DNA of 64,000 nucleotides from Octopus vulgaris (GCA_951406725.2 OX597827.1:37510001-37574000), one strand, 5' to 3'. Counted from the first letter of the stretch, positions 39,556 through 52,735 are shown. Notes: generated by a model from the letters alone, not told the origin. Numbers and translations: made by a program.

Positions 39556-40500
39556 TCAATAACGTGTATATTTTGGTCGCGAATTGTTTTGTTCAGGAAG
39601 TGGGTTATTCTCTGGCTGTTCGTATTGCTTGGGCTCAAGTGTTGCTGGTGGTGGTGGTGGTGGTGGTATTTCGGCTGGTGGTTGTACTCCGTACGGTTTT
39701 GTTGGTGTTGGTATTGGTGGCGACTTGATGATGGCTGCAGGCAGCGTCGTTGTTGGTGGTAATGGGGCTGGTTTCTGCTGCTGCACTGGAGGTGCCCCCG
39801 CTTCTGCTGTCGCTTGCAGCTTCCCTCGCATCTCTTTGTGTTTGGGGCAGTTGACCTTGAGGTACTGGTCGCTCCCACAAAAGTAGCACCTCGGTCATCT
39901 GACCTCCACGGCCACGTGCAGTCTCGTGCCGTCTGGTAAATTTATGGCGTCAGGGATAGAATTTAGGGCCTCTTGTTCAATTTGAACAAGAAGCACCAAT
40001 CACCTGACCCGTCCAATTTTGTTGGTGCAATTTATGCACCTCCAGTATATTGGCGGTGTCTTCTATATCATAGAGGACAGCCGCCACCAGCTAGCATATA
40101 TTTCAGGGGTACCGCCGCAATTTTAATTTTTGTAATGCGCCGACCAAGATATGTCGGCACGAATATCAGGTCCTCCGATATTAGTGGCGTTGTCGAATGC
40201 TTTCTTGCTTCTTCCTCCGCTTCGAAGCGCACTTCCACAGTGCCGAATCGTTTTCCCTGTATCACATAAGTTTTGTTTTGCCATATCGCTTTCAGTATCA
40301 ATTCTAGCTGTTGTTGTGTTGCTCTTTCCAAATCCATTTTTTTTTGTTTATACATTTGTATGCAATTGTTTTACGGTTTGTGTCCATTATAATTTATTTG
40401 GGGTATTTAGTGAGACATTGTTGCCTTGTCTCACTAACAGCTCTTTTGAATTTTTAAAATCCTCTAATGTGAGGTTTAATTTTTCTGGCGTTTGTTTCGC
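39556..40500 (-). mobile_element. L1/Tx1-like LINE ORF1 (gag-like) relic
   Basis: GKRFGTVEVRF..FVPTYLGRRITKIKI..IPDAINLPDGTRLHVAVEVR*PRCYFCGSDQYLKVNCP (decayed CX2CX4HX4C) plus Pro-rich tail. Confidence 0.7.
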
Positions 40501-40559
40501 CGCGAAATCGAAATCGTGTGTGCTTGATTTGATGATGATGATGATGATGATGATGATAA

Positions 40560-41078
40560 ATTCCCTGATGCAGTACCAGACAGCGGCTCACATGGCTTCT
40601 GATTTTAACTGATTGGAAGTGTTATCATGTAACATTGTTAGCAAATATTCTGCTCAATACCAAAGATTTTCTTGTCAGTTGTTTGACCTTAACCAGTTGA
40701 CCATATCTTTTAGTGGCTGACGATATGTGAATCTCTTACCACGAGCAGAAATAGTGGGGGAGCATCATAGCCGTGTGTTGAAAGGAATTCTTGGAGGTTT
40801 GGATAATTCACCTTTGAAAATATGGGTGGTTCGTTCAACAATCCTTATTCAGGGACCTTTTGAGCGGGATGGGCTACTCGACCAGAAGAAAATTTTAACT
40901 GGACCCTACCTGCAAGGTCATGCGCTGCTTATTTTTATATGAGATCACCATGTTGCGCACTTTTGGTTGTGATGCATGTACCTGGTGTACCCTTATCAGA
41001 CGGGTAGTCATGATGGGTATACTGGGCTTCGTATATTTTACCCTAGTCAGTTTGATGGCATGCACTGCTCTCTCACTC

Positions 41079-41079
<1 letters not shown>
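40560..41079. repeat. Probable interspersed repeat between (ATG)n and (AAT)n tracts
   Basis: Non-coding, GC-richer ~520-bp block bounded by trinucleotide repeats; only one copy here, family not established. Confidence 0.35.
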
Positions 41080-41158
<79 letters not shown>

Positions 41159-41167
41159 TAATAATAG

Positions 41168-41363
41168 TTGCATTAGCAACTATCCTTAAAGATGTGAACA
41201 GATGGGTAGAGGAAATAGGCATAAAACCCAGTTTAATACAACTTCAGAAAAGAGTGTTATTAGGGACAGCTGGGATACTTAGGAGGGTTCTTGGCATCTA
41301 AGGTTAATTGTTGTAAGTCAATGTTAGGAATTTTTCTTTTCCAACAGTCTAATCTGTTGTTTG

Positions 41364-41366
<3 letters not shown>
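41168..41366 (+). mobile_element. R4/Dong-like LINE 3' end embedded in (AAT)n
   Basis: RWVEEIGIKPSLIQLQKRVLLGTAGILRRVL; homologous to 12310-12530. Confidence 0.85.
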
Positions 41367-41427
<61 letters not shown>

Positions 41428-41553
41428 GTAATAATAATAATAATAAGGAGTCTTTAGATATGTATAACTTTAAGAAGAAAAAATACGACAGGAGATAATT
41501 CAATGTTGATTTAAGGAAAACATATATATATAAATAATAGAAGGACTAAATCA

Positions 41554-42300
41554 AGGAATATTATTTAGTATAATGCACTATTCGTATCTTACATAGCTAC
41601 CAATATTCCACGAAAATTCATTGCTGCACTGGGCAGATATTTCCTGCTTTCAAGTAAGTCTGGGAAACTATTTAGTTGCCATCGAGTAAAATTCCACCAC
41701 AAGAAATTTGACTGAAATTAGAGCAGCACAGAGCAAAGTAAAATTAGATAGTATCTCAGCTCAAAATTAGTAAACAGATGTAGAACCAACTGTGTGAGCT
41801 GTAATATGAACTCTAATGATAATTTTCTAGAATTAGATATTGATACTTTGGGTAAAAGCAATTCTAACTGTGAAACTGATACCTTTAAAATGACTGCTAG
41901 TAATAATATTGACTACATTTCTGCTAATAATCCTGCTTTAACAACTTACTTCTGAAAAGATAATTGGTACTAATCCCTTTAACCATGAATACCACATACA
42001 AATGAATAACTGCCTTTGAATTTTAAAAACAAAATTATCTGTCCTTTAGAAAATCAATGTTTAAGGAAGAATATAGTGTATCAATGTACGTGTTATTACA
42101 TAGGTTCATGTGCTACAGTCTAGATTACATAATCATTCTCATTCATTTAAATATAGAAGAAAATGTAATTCTACGAATCTTAATAGATGCCTTTGGGATT
42201 TAAAAGACAGGGACAATTACTGTAATTTAAAGTGATCCATTATTAGATACGCATCATCGTACAATATTAGTAATATTAAATGTGATCTTACATTGAAATG
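41554..42300 (+). mobile_element. Penelope-like element relic (post-RT linker plus GIY-YIG endonuclease; Naiad-like motifs)
   Basis: RNII*YNALF..TNIPRKFIAALGRYF..KLFSCHRVK; CPLENQCLRKNIVYQC..YIGSCAT/RLHNHSHSF..NSTNLNRCLWDLKD..K*SII..CDL. Confidence 0.8.
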
Positions 42301-42805
42301 TTCTCATATATTTATGAGAACTTTTTAATATTTCAATAGTGAATATCTCATTAATTATAATTGCTTTTCCTATAATCTAACAGCATACTTTTTCTAAGAA
42401 ATTTTTAGCATATTTAATTGTCGTGAAGTGGAATTTCTATGTTTCTAATTGTCGTGACGTAGAATTCCTGTTTATTTTTCTAACTTTTCGTTATCTACAG
42501 ATGTCGCCAAAAGTTAGATATTGAACTGGCTTTTCTTAGAATACTAGCACACTTGTGTCATAAAAAATGCCGACAATTTTATTAACGATAGAAAATGATG
42601 CATCAACAAAGTGGAAAAGCCATTGATAAATAGCAGCAATCTAGTAAATATATGGGCATACACAAAATTGAAGCACTTGAAGAAGCAGATACGGTTGTAA
42701 CTTTTCAGTTGAAAATATCACCCACATAATGCATGTGTGTACACGCATACACACACACACGCATACACACACACACATACACACACACGCACACATATAT
42801 ACTAT

Positions 42806-42949
42806 ATACGACGTGCTTCTTTCAGTTTCCGTCTACCAAATCCACTCACAAAGCTCTGGTCGGTCCGGGACTCTAGCAAAAGACACTCCCCAAAGTTGCA
42901 GCGCAGTGAGGCTAAATCTGGAACTATATATGGTTGGGAATTAAACTTC

Positions 42950-42951
<2 letters not shown>
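42806..42951 (-). mobile_element. SINE family A, partial
   Basis: cttctttcagtttccgtctaccaaatccactcaca. Confidence 0.75.
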
Positions 42952-42980
<29 letters not shown>

Positions 42981-43419
42981 ATACATACATACATACATAC
43001 ATACATACGTACATACATACATACATACATACATGCATACATGCATACATGCATGTATGCAACATTACATACATATACGCACATACATGTACATGCATAC
43101 ATACACATACACTCTATTCATGCACACATATACACACCCAATATACAGACATACACATTCTCTATATAGGTGCATTAAATACATACACAACAATATAACA
43201 TAATCCATAAATATTATATCATGTAATAGTAAACAATATCAGCACTAAACTGAGATAAAAAGATATCAAAACGCAGCCATGTTATATTTATTATTAAAAA
43301 CTACATACCTCTCGCTTACCAGTGGCTAATCATCGTAATGTCTCTATTATAATACACTTGTTCCCTGCGCACTACTTAGATATTATAAATCTTTATGTCA
43401 GATATTTAACTATACTAAG

Positions 43420-44005
43420 TTGGCGAGCTGGCAGAAACGTTAACACACCGGGCGAAATTCTTAGCGGTATTTCGTCTGCCGTTACGTTCTGAGTTCAAAT
43501 TCCGCCGAAGTCGACTCTGCCTTTCATCCCTTCACGGTCGATTGAATAAGTACCAGTTACGCACTCGGGTCGATATAAGCGACTTAATCCGTTTGTCTGT
43601 CCTTGTTTGTCCTCTCTGTGTTTAGCCCCTTGTTGGTAGTAAAGAAATAGGTATTTCGTCTGCCGTTACGTTCTGAGTTCAAATTCCGCCGAGGTCGACT
43701 TTGCCTTTCATCCTTTCGGGGTCGATTAAATAAGTACCAGTTACGCACTGGGGTCGATATAATCGACTTAATCCGTTTGTCTGTCCTTGTTTGTCCTCTC
43801 TGTATTTAACCCCTTGTGGCTAGTAAAAAAATAGGTATTTCGTCTGTCTTTACGCCTGTCTTTAAGTTCAAATTCTGCCGAGGTCGACTTTGCCTTTCAT
43901 CCTTTCAGGGTCGATAAATTAAGCACCAGTTTTGTACTGGGTTCAATGTAATCGACTACCCCCTCCCCCAAAAAAATTTGGGCCTTGTGCCTAGGGTAGA
44001 AAAGG
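43420..44005 (+). mobile_element. SINE family B head-to-tail trimer
   Basis: Unit restarts at ggtatttcgtctg near 43650 and 43834. Confidence 0.9.
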
Positions 44006-44074
44006 ATATTTAACTATACTGTTACATCTCCGTAGATATCTCACTTGAAGAACAGGTAATTGGTCAGAACTTAG

Positions 44075-44138
44075 CTCCATGAGGAAGATATATTTCTGCT
44101 TAATTCCTCCATGAGGAAGATATATTTCTGCTTAATTC
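44075..44138. repeat. Perfect 32-bp tandem duplication
   Basis: ctccatgaggaagatatatttctgcttaattc twice. Confidence 0.9.
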
Positions 44139-44754
44139 AGTACAGTTACGATTCGATGTTTGCAACAAAAAATATTTCCAAAAATGTTAAAATTAAACAC
44201 ATGATTGAGACTTAACACACAAACAAGGACACCAAAATACATACACATATGTTACGTGATATGATATGCATTGTAAACACTAATTTCCAACGACGGAATA
44301 CGAACCAAACAACTATGGGCTGCAAATTCAGTGAATTACCGTCCATATCTAGAGAGAGAAACGACTACATTACGACAAGAAATGAAGCAACAAAAATAAA
44401 GTAAAAAATAAGGAAATAAAGAAAATAGAAAATAAATTTTTAAATAAACTTAATTCAAAGAAGATTTTTCTTGTAGTGAAACAATGGAAGTTTTTATTTC
44501 TCTTTGCACTCACTTGAAGGTAATGAACGATAAGGACGCCAGTTGAAGGTAATGGTTGATAAGGGCGCCACAGGCTCATTCAGTGGCGATGTTTTTCCTA
44601 CTACACATTATAAAATCCCATCCATTGCTTTTGATGCCTTATCTGATGCCGTCACATACGTCTCTAGTCAAAAGTTATACACATATACACTTATCAGGCA
44701 GCTACAGACGTACAAATACATACACATATTTCCACATACATACCAATGTATATA

Positions 44755-44802
<48 letters not shown>

Positions 44803-44837
44803 CATACATACACACAAACACGCACACACATGCACAA

Positions 44838-44871
<34 letters not shown>

Positions 44872-45202
44872 GCACACACCTGGAGAGAGAGAGAGAGAGA
44901 GAGAATCAGAGTGACAAACAGACTGAGGGGAAAATGGGAGAGAAGAAGATGCATGATATAAACACTTAACGTTGTACGATTATTGCCGACATCACTACTT
45001 ACTGGCGAGGTTACATTCAGAAAAGGTGAAGAATGAAGAGACAGCATATATTTTTAAATGTAATTTTTCTCTTTCAACTAGATGTGTGTGTATGTGAGAG
45101 AGAGCGTGTGTGTGTGGTGAACGAGAAAAACAGGAAAAACACAAGGGGACCAATTTTTCACAGAGGTATTATTATTCTAACGTTGAAAGGAATGATAAAG
45201 AG

Positions 45203-45242
45203 CGTCTGACGTTCCGGACGATAGTCTTTCATCAGAAAAACG
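45203..45242 (-). ncRNA. Degenerate minimal hammerhead motif (PLE type)
   Basis: Minus strand cguuuuu-CUGAUGA-a-AGAC(uauc)GUCC-GGAA-CG-UC-agacg. Confidence 0.5.
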
Positions 45243-45299
45243 AAAATGAAAACTGGTGGAAAGGAAACAATACTAAAAAGAGAGAAAGTATTCCCGCTT

Positions 45300-45384
<85 letters not shown>

Positions 45385-45734
45385 GTGGTGGTGGTGGTGA
45401 TGGCAATGGTAACAATACTATAAATGATAAAAGTTTTAAATATCAAAGTTAATAATAATCCCGACAACAATCATAAGTACACACGTGCTGTTGGTGTTTT
45501 TATCCTTCTTTGGACTCTTCCGTTTCCCTTTCCGACAAAACGTGAAAGACTATCTCTTCTCATCGAGCGTCAAACTAATACATTCCACGTGCACGTCTTG
45601 TTTATCATTACTTTTAATGTTCGTTAGATAGATGGATAGATAGATGGATGGATAGATAGATAGATAGATAGATAGATACATACATACATACATACATACA
45701 TACATACATACATACATACATGCATATACATATA

Positions 45735-45782
<48 letters not shown>

Positions 45783-46148
45783 CTAGCAGTATCGCCCGGC
45801 GTTGCTCGGGTTTGTAAGGGAAATAACTATAAAGCATTTTTAGAGAGTTATAGCAAAAAAATAGCAAAAAAATTGGAAAAAAATGATGGTAAATTTTTTT
45901 CAGAGTTAAAAAGGTCGAGTTGCGTCCACTAGACCATCTGTGGTTTGTGTTTCTGATTGTCGACCCCATGTCGAATTTATCGATCTTTTTCAGAACTGGG
46001 GGAACTTTTCAAAATTTTCGCTGCGTTAGTTTTGAATTATGACATTGGGCTATGTGTGTGTCAAGTTTCATCAGAATCGGTTGAAAGCCGTGGTCAGGGT
46101 GAGGGTACAACCTAACAGACACACAGACACGCACAGAGACAAACTGCC

Positions 46149-46155
<7 letters not shown>
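45783..46155 (-). mobile_element. Non-autonomous Helitron
   Basis: Minus-strand 3' hairpin cccgagcaacgccggg then CTAG|T; 5' tatataaacggcagtttgtctctgtg; in (TA)n. Confidence 0.8.
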
Positions 46156-46222
<67 letters not shown>

Positions 46223-46600
46223 TCTAATATAATAAATGCAAAAACTAATTTCCGTGTGTCAGTGTGTCATACTAAGACCACCTCTCTCACTATGCAATGA
46301 TACTCCTACTATTCCTCATGATAGGGTGAGAGTAATAGTAGGCATAGAGACGGTGAATGTGGAGGCGAAGACAGACAGAGATAGAGAAAGAAAGAAAAAG
46401 AGAGAGAGAGAAAAAATTTGGGAGAGTTGATGATGTTTTATTAAAGGTAGTAGTGTTGATGGTAGCAGTTGGAGTAATAATAAAAGAGAGAGAAATAGTG
46501 TGTACGCGAAAGAAAGAGGGAGATGATGTTTAACCATGTCCCTTTGACAGAAATTCCTGTGGCCAACATACTGAACACAATCATTTTTGCTTTATTTTTC
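46223..46600 (+). mobile_element. Helitron-like 5' terminal fragment
   Basis: TCtaatataataaatg..gtgtgtcagtgtgtca; homologous to 2271-2613. Confidence 0.6.
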
Positions 46601-46669
46601 CTTTCTTTAATACACACACGCACACACATATATATATATACATAAACACATACACACATATAATATATG

Positions 46670-46712
<43 letters not shown>

Positions 46713-46750
46713 CTCTTTAATTGAAATAAAGTTTCCCAAAATTAAAGGTA

Positions 46751-48100
46751 TCTAAATATTATAAATGTGAATGTCAGTGTGCCACACTTTTTCAATTTTA
46801 CTCCTAGAGGCCGTAGCTCAACATATTATACCATTTTGGAATCAGGCTGGCATTATGAGTAAATTTAAAACATTCCGGGCCGAATCTGGATTCACAGTCC
46901 TGAAGTTTTGTATTCCCAAGTTTCCATTACTGTAATTGTTTTCGGCAATCTTTTTACGTGACATTTTGCGACAAATTTTTTGTACAACAATTGTTATAAT
47001 CTAAAGGCTCACTCCGTGAGTAAATTAAAAACATTCCGGGCTGATTCCGGACCTGCAATTCTGGAATTTTGGATTCCTTCGTTTTCATTACTGCGATTGT
47101 TTTCAGCGATTTTTTTTTTACATGATATTTTTGCAACGAATATGATCATCCTTGGGATATGACTCTGGAGGAAGCAATTGCAACAGATTCTCCAAAACAA
47201 GTCAGAGATTTCTTTGCAGATCTTCCCATTCGGGTCATTTGTTTAAAAGCTATATACTAGCTCAAAAGCCGCCCTATTTTAATGTTTTCATTTCAAGTTT
47301 TAATTCGCTATTTGCAAACAATTACGATAAATTACTGAAATGTTGAATTCTGCAACTCTGTTCACTCTATTAAGTATGTTTGCAAATATATAAACAAAGG
47401 TTCAGATGCTGCAACATACACTCTTATGCAGAATGGCTGTCAGCAGATAAATAAAAATGATGAGGATGCACAGTATGACAGAGAAAGATACATCAGTGCC
47501 AATGAGGCTTTTTGGCGCATCTTCAATTTTCCCATTCATGACAGGCACCCAGCCATCACTCATCTGAGTGTCCATCTAGAGAATGGCCACAGGGTTATCT
47601 TTACAAAACAAACAGCCTTGCAACAAGTACTTTCTCCAAAAGAAACTACTCTTACCGCTTTTTAAAGTTGTATCAAGTAGATGAAGATGCAAGAAAGCTC
47701 CTTTATCCACAATTACCCAAGTATTACACCAGGAGATATAATAAAAGGCACAAAGGAAACGGGCTGGCGCTCTTGCAAGAGTTTGGGGTGTTCTCTACAA
47801 GCCAAGCAGAATGCTATTACTTACGGCTCCTTTTGCATGAAGTACGAGGTACCAAATCATTTCAAGATTCGAGGAGGATAAAATGGTCATGTGTGTGAAA
47901 CTTATAGGGAAGTATGCTATCAAAAAGGTTGTTTAAGAAAATGGTGAGTATTGGGACCTTGCATCAGTATTAGATTCTCCAAGGAAACTCCGTAACCTTT
48001 TTGCAATTGTACTGAACATGTGTCAACTTGGCAGTTCCCTACAGCTTTGGATGAAACATCGTGAGAACATGGCTGAGAATTTAATGCAGTTCAACAGGCA
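46751..48100 (+). mobile_element. Helitron relic: 5' end, ~160-bp subterminal repeats, Rep/Hel fragment (47339-48090)
   Basis: A|TCtaaatattataaatg; NVEFCNSVHSIKYVCKYINKGSD (HUH motif 3), RYISANEAFWRIFNFPIHDRHP..VHLENG, TTLTAF, ECYYLRLLLHEVRG, LRNLFAIVL. Confidence 0.9.
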
Positions 48101-48690
48101 AACCCAGATATCAATATTCAGTTCTCTGAAACAATTTTTAACCAAGCACTGATTGAAATGAGGATCAAGTTTTAGCCATGAGAGGCAAAAAATTTGCATG
48201 AGTCGGGCTCTGGACCGCCAAAAACAAACAGTCAAATTAGTAATTAGAAACATAACAAGAGATAAATTATGACATCACAGACTATATTGTGGTGCTTTAT
48301 TCTTGCTGGATTTTTTTTTTTTTTTTTGTGTCAATTCGTATCTACAGGAATATTCTCCCAAAGAGAAGAGTGAAACCGTTAGGTTCCTAACTTCGAAATT
48401 GCAATAGAGAATTAACCTTTTATTTTTAAGTTGTGAATTGTATGCCATGTCGCCCACCGACAGCTTTATTGTGAAGAGATAGAATATGAACGTTAATAAT
48501 GGCTTTATAGTGGTTTTGACTGCAATTTCTAGACATGTAAGGGTTTTTGCAACCCTCACCGTTATAATTGTGATTTATTCCAGATTATACACACTTCTTT
48601 TTTTAAAATTTATGATTACATGTTTGGCCATTGATATATTCATAAATAATTGTTGATGATATATCCTTCGTAATTTATCTTTACATTCCT

Positions 48691-48763
<73 letters not shown>

Positions 48764-48793
48764 TCTCACTCCATTGATCCCCTCACCCACTCT

Positions 48794-49040
48794 CTCACCA
48801 CCTCTGCCTTCTTTAAACCACGGACTCCCACTTCTACCTCAACTTTTCCTCCTCCCATCCCTCGCATACCAAACGGGCCATCCCCTACTCCCAGTTCCTG
48901 TGCAGCCAGGGCCAGGATTTCGAGACCCAGTCCCAATGCCTGGCCCACTTGTTCATGCGTTGCGCATACCCTTCCACCCTTGTCCAAACTGCCCCTACCC
49001 GCGCTCGTGAAATCGATCGCACCACCGCCATCTCTCCTTT
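48794..49040 (+). mobile_element. Penelope-like (Neptune-type) RT thumb relic
   Basis: LTTSAFFKP/DSHFYLNFSSSHPSHTKRAIPYSQFL..CSQGQDFETQSQCLAHLFMRCAYP. Confidence 0.8.
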
Positions 49041-49281
49041 CTCACACCGATCCCCCAACCGTATCTTCTTTGCTCTCCTTGAAAATCGGTTACGTGAAAC
49101 TCTGAGCAACAGTTTGTAAAATCTTCAGCTTCATTAAAACACTATTTGCGTCAACCGTTGCAATTCGTTTCCTATCTTCTCCACTTTGTTTTGTACCTTT
49201 TTGCTCTCATGTATGTATGTGTGTGCTTTGTGTGTGTGTTTTATGTTTGTGTGTGTATTTTATGTTTGTGTGTGTGTTTTA

Positions 49282-49346
<65 letters not shown>

Positions 49347-49936
49347 CGTGTGTAGTGGAAAGAAGAAGAAACACAACTTACAAAAACTATAAACAAGGTA
49401 GGTCTACAATCATAACAATTGCCTGTCTTCGAGTAGTAAAAGTAGAGAGGGAAGACGGGGGAACTTTGGAAAAAAAAGAAGAAAAAAATTAGAAATTGCA
49501 ATGCCATCGAAAAGTCTTGCGGAGTTGATCTACATGCTAGCTGCTGAGTGACTGGAAGTTAGACGGTAAGCTAAACTGGGTATTCTAAGACGGAGTGGGG
49601 AGGATATACGGTGGGGACATGTCTGTGTACGTGACGGTGCGTATGTATATATATATATATACATATATTTTTTTGTAAGGAATATGGAATAGTAGTTTCT
49701 GCGTGAGCATGGTTATTTGCGTGTAATGTGTCGGTTGTCTGTATAAGTCTGTGGGTTCATCTGTTGGAGTGTACGCGTGCTCGCACGTGTATGTGTTTGT
49801 GAAAGACGAAAAGATTTTGAGTTTGTCTCTGTGTACGTGTGTCAGCATACTTGGTCGTTGGCTGACTGAAAGTTGGACGGATGACTAATGGGGTGTTTGA
49901 GATATGAGAGGGAAATAGTACGTGTATCTGTGTGTT

Positions 49937-50008
<72 letters not shown>

Positions 50009-50247
50009 CGTGCGTGTGCGCATGAGGAAAAATAATTAATTAGTGATCGTGCGGGGTCATCTTTCTGTCGCGCGTGTGTGTACGTGCACGTGTGCATACA
50101 TGCGTGCGCAAGCGTGTGTACGTCTGTGCGTGTGAATGCGTGTGTATTTGTGTGCGTGTGCTCGCGTGCTACCCGCCTACTACTCGCGTGTGTATTTAAC
50201 CGAATCCTTTTGAATGGATTTGGTAAACAGAAACTTAAAGACGCCTG

Positions 50248-50317
<70 letters not shown>

Positions 50318-50318
50318 G

Positions 50319-51186
50319 AGGTACTATTTAAGAAGAGTGGTCCCGGTGCGCGCACTCGCGTACTCGTGCATTCGCACTAGCTAGTCGTGACTAGCTGATC
50401 CTACAACGACTACCTAGCGCGAGTGCGCGTATGCAAATTAATAGATGGGGTTTTTTTTAAACAAAATAAAAAATTTTCGGAGTGGTTCACCTTGAAATGG
50501 GTGTATTTTGGTGTCACATCTATTTCAGTAATCCTATTGTACGCACTCCAATTTTATTTACGTTGTTTAGAAAATTTTTTTATCTAGTTTACTCTTTTAT
50601 TTGTTTCAGTCATTTGACTGTGGCCATGCTGGAGCACCGCCTTTAGTTGAGCTTATTCTTTGTAAGCCTAATACTTATTCTATCGGTCTCTTATGCCGAA
50701 CCGCTAAGATACGGGGACGTAAATACACCAGCATCGGTTGTCAAGCGATGTTGGGGGGACTGACAGACAAACATATACACACGCACATACATATATACGA
50801 TGGGCTTCACATGGCTTTGGTCGGCCAGAGGCTATAGTAGAAGACACATGCCCAAGGTGCCACGTAGTGGGACTGAACTCGGAACCATGTGGTTCGTAAG
50901 TTTGTTTAGAAAAATAATTCATTTACTTTGTTTATAAAAAAATTATATTTACTTTGTGTTTTTGTGTTTCATTTACTTTGTTTAAAAAAATTTATTTACT
51001 TTGTGTAAAAAATTATTTTTGTTTAAAAAAAAAACCCTATTTGTTTTTTTAAAAAAACATCTATTAATTTGCTTACGTGCATTCACGCTAGGTAGTCGTT
51101 GTAGGATCAACTAGTCACGACTAGCTAGCGCGGATGCGCGAGTACGCGAGTGCGCGCACCGGGACCACTCTTCTTAAATTGTACCT
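50319..51186. mobile_element. Non-autonomous TIR element with ~130-bp CpG-rich TIRs and a nested SINE A (~50588-50902, minus)
   Basis: aggtactatttaagaagagtggtcccggtgcgcgcactcgcgtac.. vs ..gtacgcgagtgcgcgcaccgggaccactcttcttaaattgtacct. Confidence 0.85.
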
Positions 51187-51193
51187 ATATATG

Positions 51194-51341
51194 AAGTATA
51201 TTTGCCACTTAAATGTGGCTAACTCTTAAGGGTTAAGCTACAGTAGCATCCACCTTTAAGGGTTAGCCACATTTAAGTGACAAATATACTTTACGATGCT
51301 ATGCAGCTACTGTTTATACCTCGCTCAGAGATTTAATATTG

Positions 51342-51345
<4 letters not shown>
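51194..51345. repeat. ~40-bp-arm hairpin with a unique 3' extension into (TA)n
   Basis: aagtatatttgccacttaaatgtggctaac / gttagccacatttaagtgacaaatatactt. Confidence 0.75.
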
Positions 51346-51428
<83 letters not shown>

Positions 51429-51471
51429 TTTTATTCTTTTACTTGTTTCAGTCATTTGACTCGTATATATA

Positions 51472-52735
51472 CGAGGGACGTTCAATAAGTAATGCCCCTG
51501 ACCCACTTGCAGTTGTTTGATCTAGCTGAAATTGTGCATGTGCAATTATTTATATCTCTATAGATTAAGTGGCAAATTACAGCTAATTGTGGTTCTGATT
51601 TACAGGTGTTTGAACTGAGTCAAGTGTGAAATGGAGCCTGTTGAGTGTCGAGCAGTGATCCGGTTTTTGTATTTGAAAGGACGCACACCACGGGAGACTT
51701 TTGATGAAATGAAAGTAACTTATGGTGATGATGCCCCATCATATGACCTTGTAAAACGCTGGCATCGTGAGTTCAAACATGGTCGGAACTCTGTGGAAAC
51801 AGCTCCCATATCTGGACGCCCCCCTTCTGCCATTGATGAGGCATCTGTCCGTCAAGTTGAGGCTGCCATTTTGGAAGATCGACGCATAACTATTCGCCAA
51901 ATAGCCCATGAGGTCAAGATTAGTACCGGGTCTGTGGAAACTATCATTCATGACCATTTGCATATGCAAAAGGTGTCTGCCAGATGGATTCCCAGGTTGC
52001 CCACACCTTTCCAGAAGCAAGAACGCGTCGAGTGCTCGAGGATGAATTTGGAGATGTGTCAAGAAGATGAGTCAAAATTTTTCAAAAGACTGATTACACA
52101 GGATGAAACCTGGGTTCATCACTATGATCCAGAGACCAAAGCCCAGTCAATGCAGTGGAAACACCGTGACTCACCTCCTCCAAATAAGGCAAGGGTGCAG
52201 CCCTCCGCTGGCAAGGTCATAATCACAGTCTTCTGGAACCAGGACGGAGTAGTGATGACAGATTTCCTGGCAAAGGGTACCACAATTACAGGAGCCTATT
52301 ATGCTTCACTTTTGAGGAAATTAAGAGAAGCTATCAAAATCAAGAGGCGGGGTAAGATCAGCAAAGGCATCCTCCTCCTGCAGGACAACGCTCCGGTCCA
52401 CAACTCGCGTGTCGCCAGATCAGAAGCACAGGCGTGCGGCTATGAACTCCTGACCTTGCACCCTCTGATTTTCACCTCCTCCCAGCCATGAAGTTGTTTT
52501 TGAAAGGAAAGCGTTTCTCAGATGATGCAGCCTTGATTTCTGAAGTCACGTCGTGGTTGGAGGACCAAGCTGGGGTCTTCTACAAAAACGGTCTCCAGAG
52601 CTGCATCAAACAATGGGAGAAATGCGTAACTCAGGGTGGTTCCTATGTAGAAAAAGTCTCTAATAACTGTGCCAAGTTTCGTTGCTCTACTGCTATGGGA
52701 AGTGGGTCAGGGGCATTACTTATTGAACGCCCCTC

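Noticed and set aside
39556-39831. Pro-rich ORF as a host exon
   Set aside because: In frame with an upstream decayed gag-type zinc knuckle; better explained as LINE ORF1
43420-44005. CRISPR-like or satellite array
   Set aside because: ~185-bp SINE units without unique spacers; eukaryotic context, no cas genes
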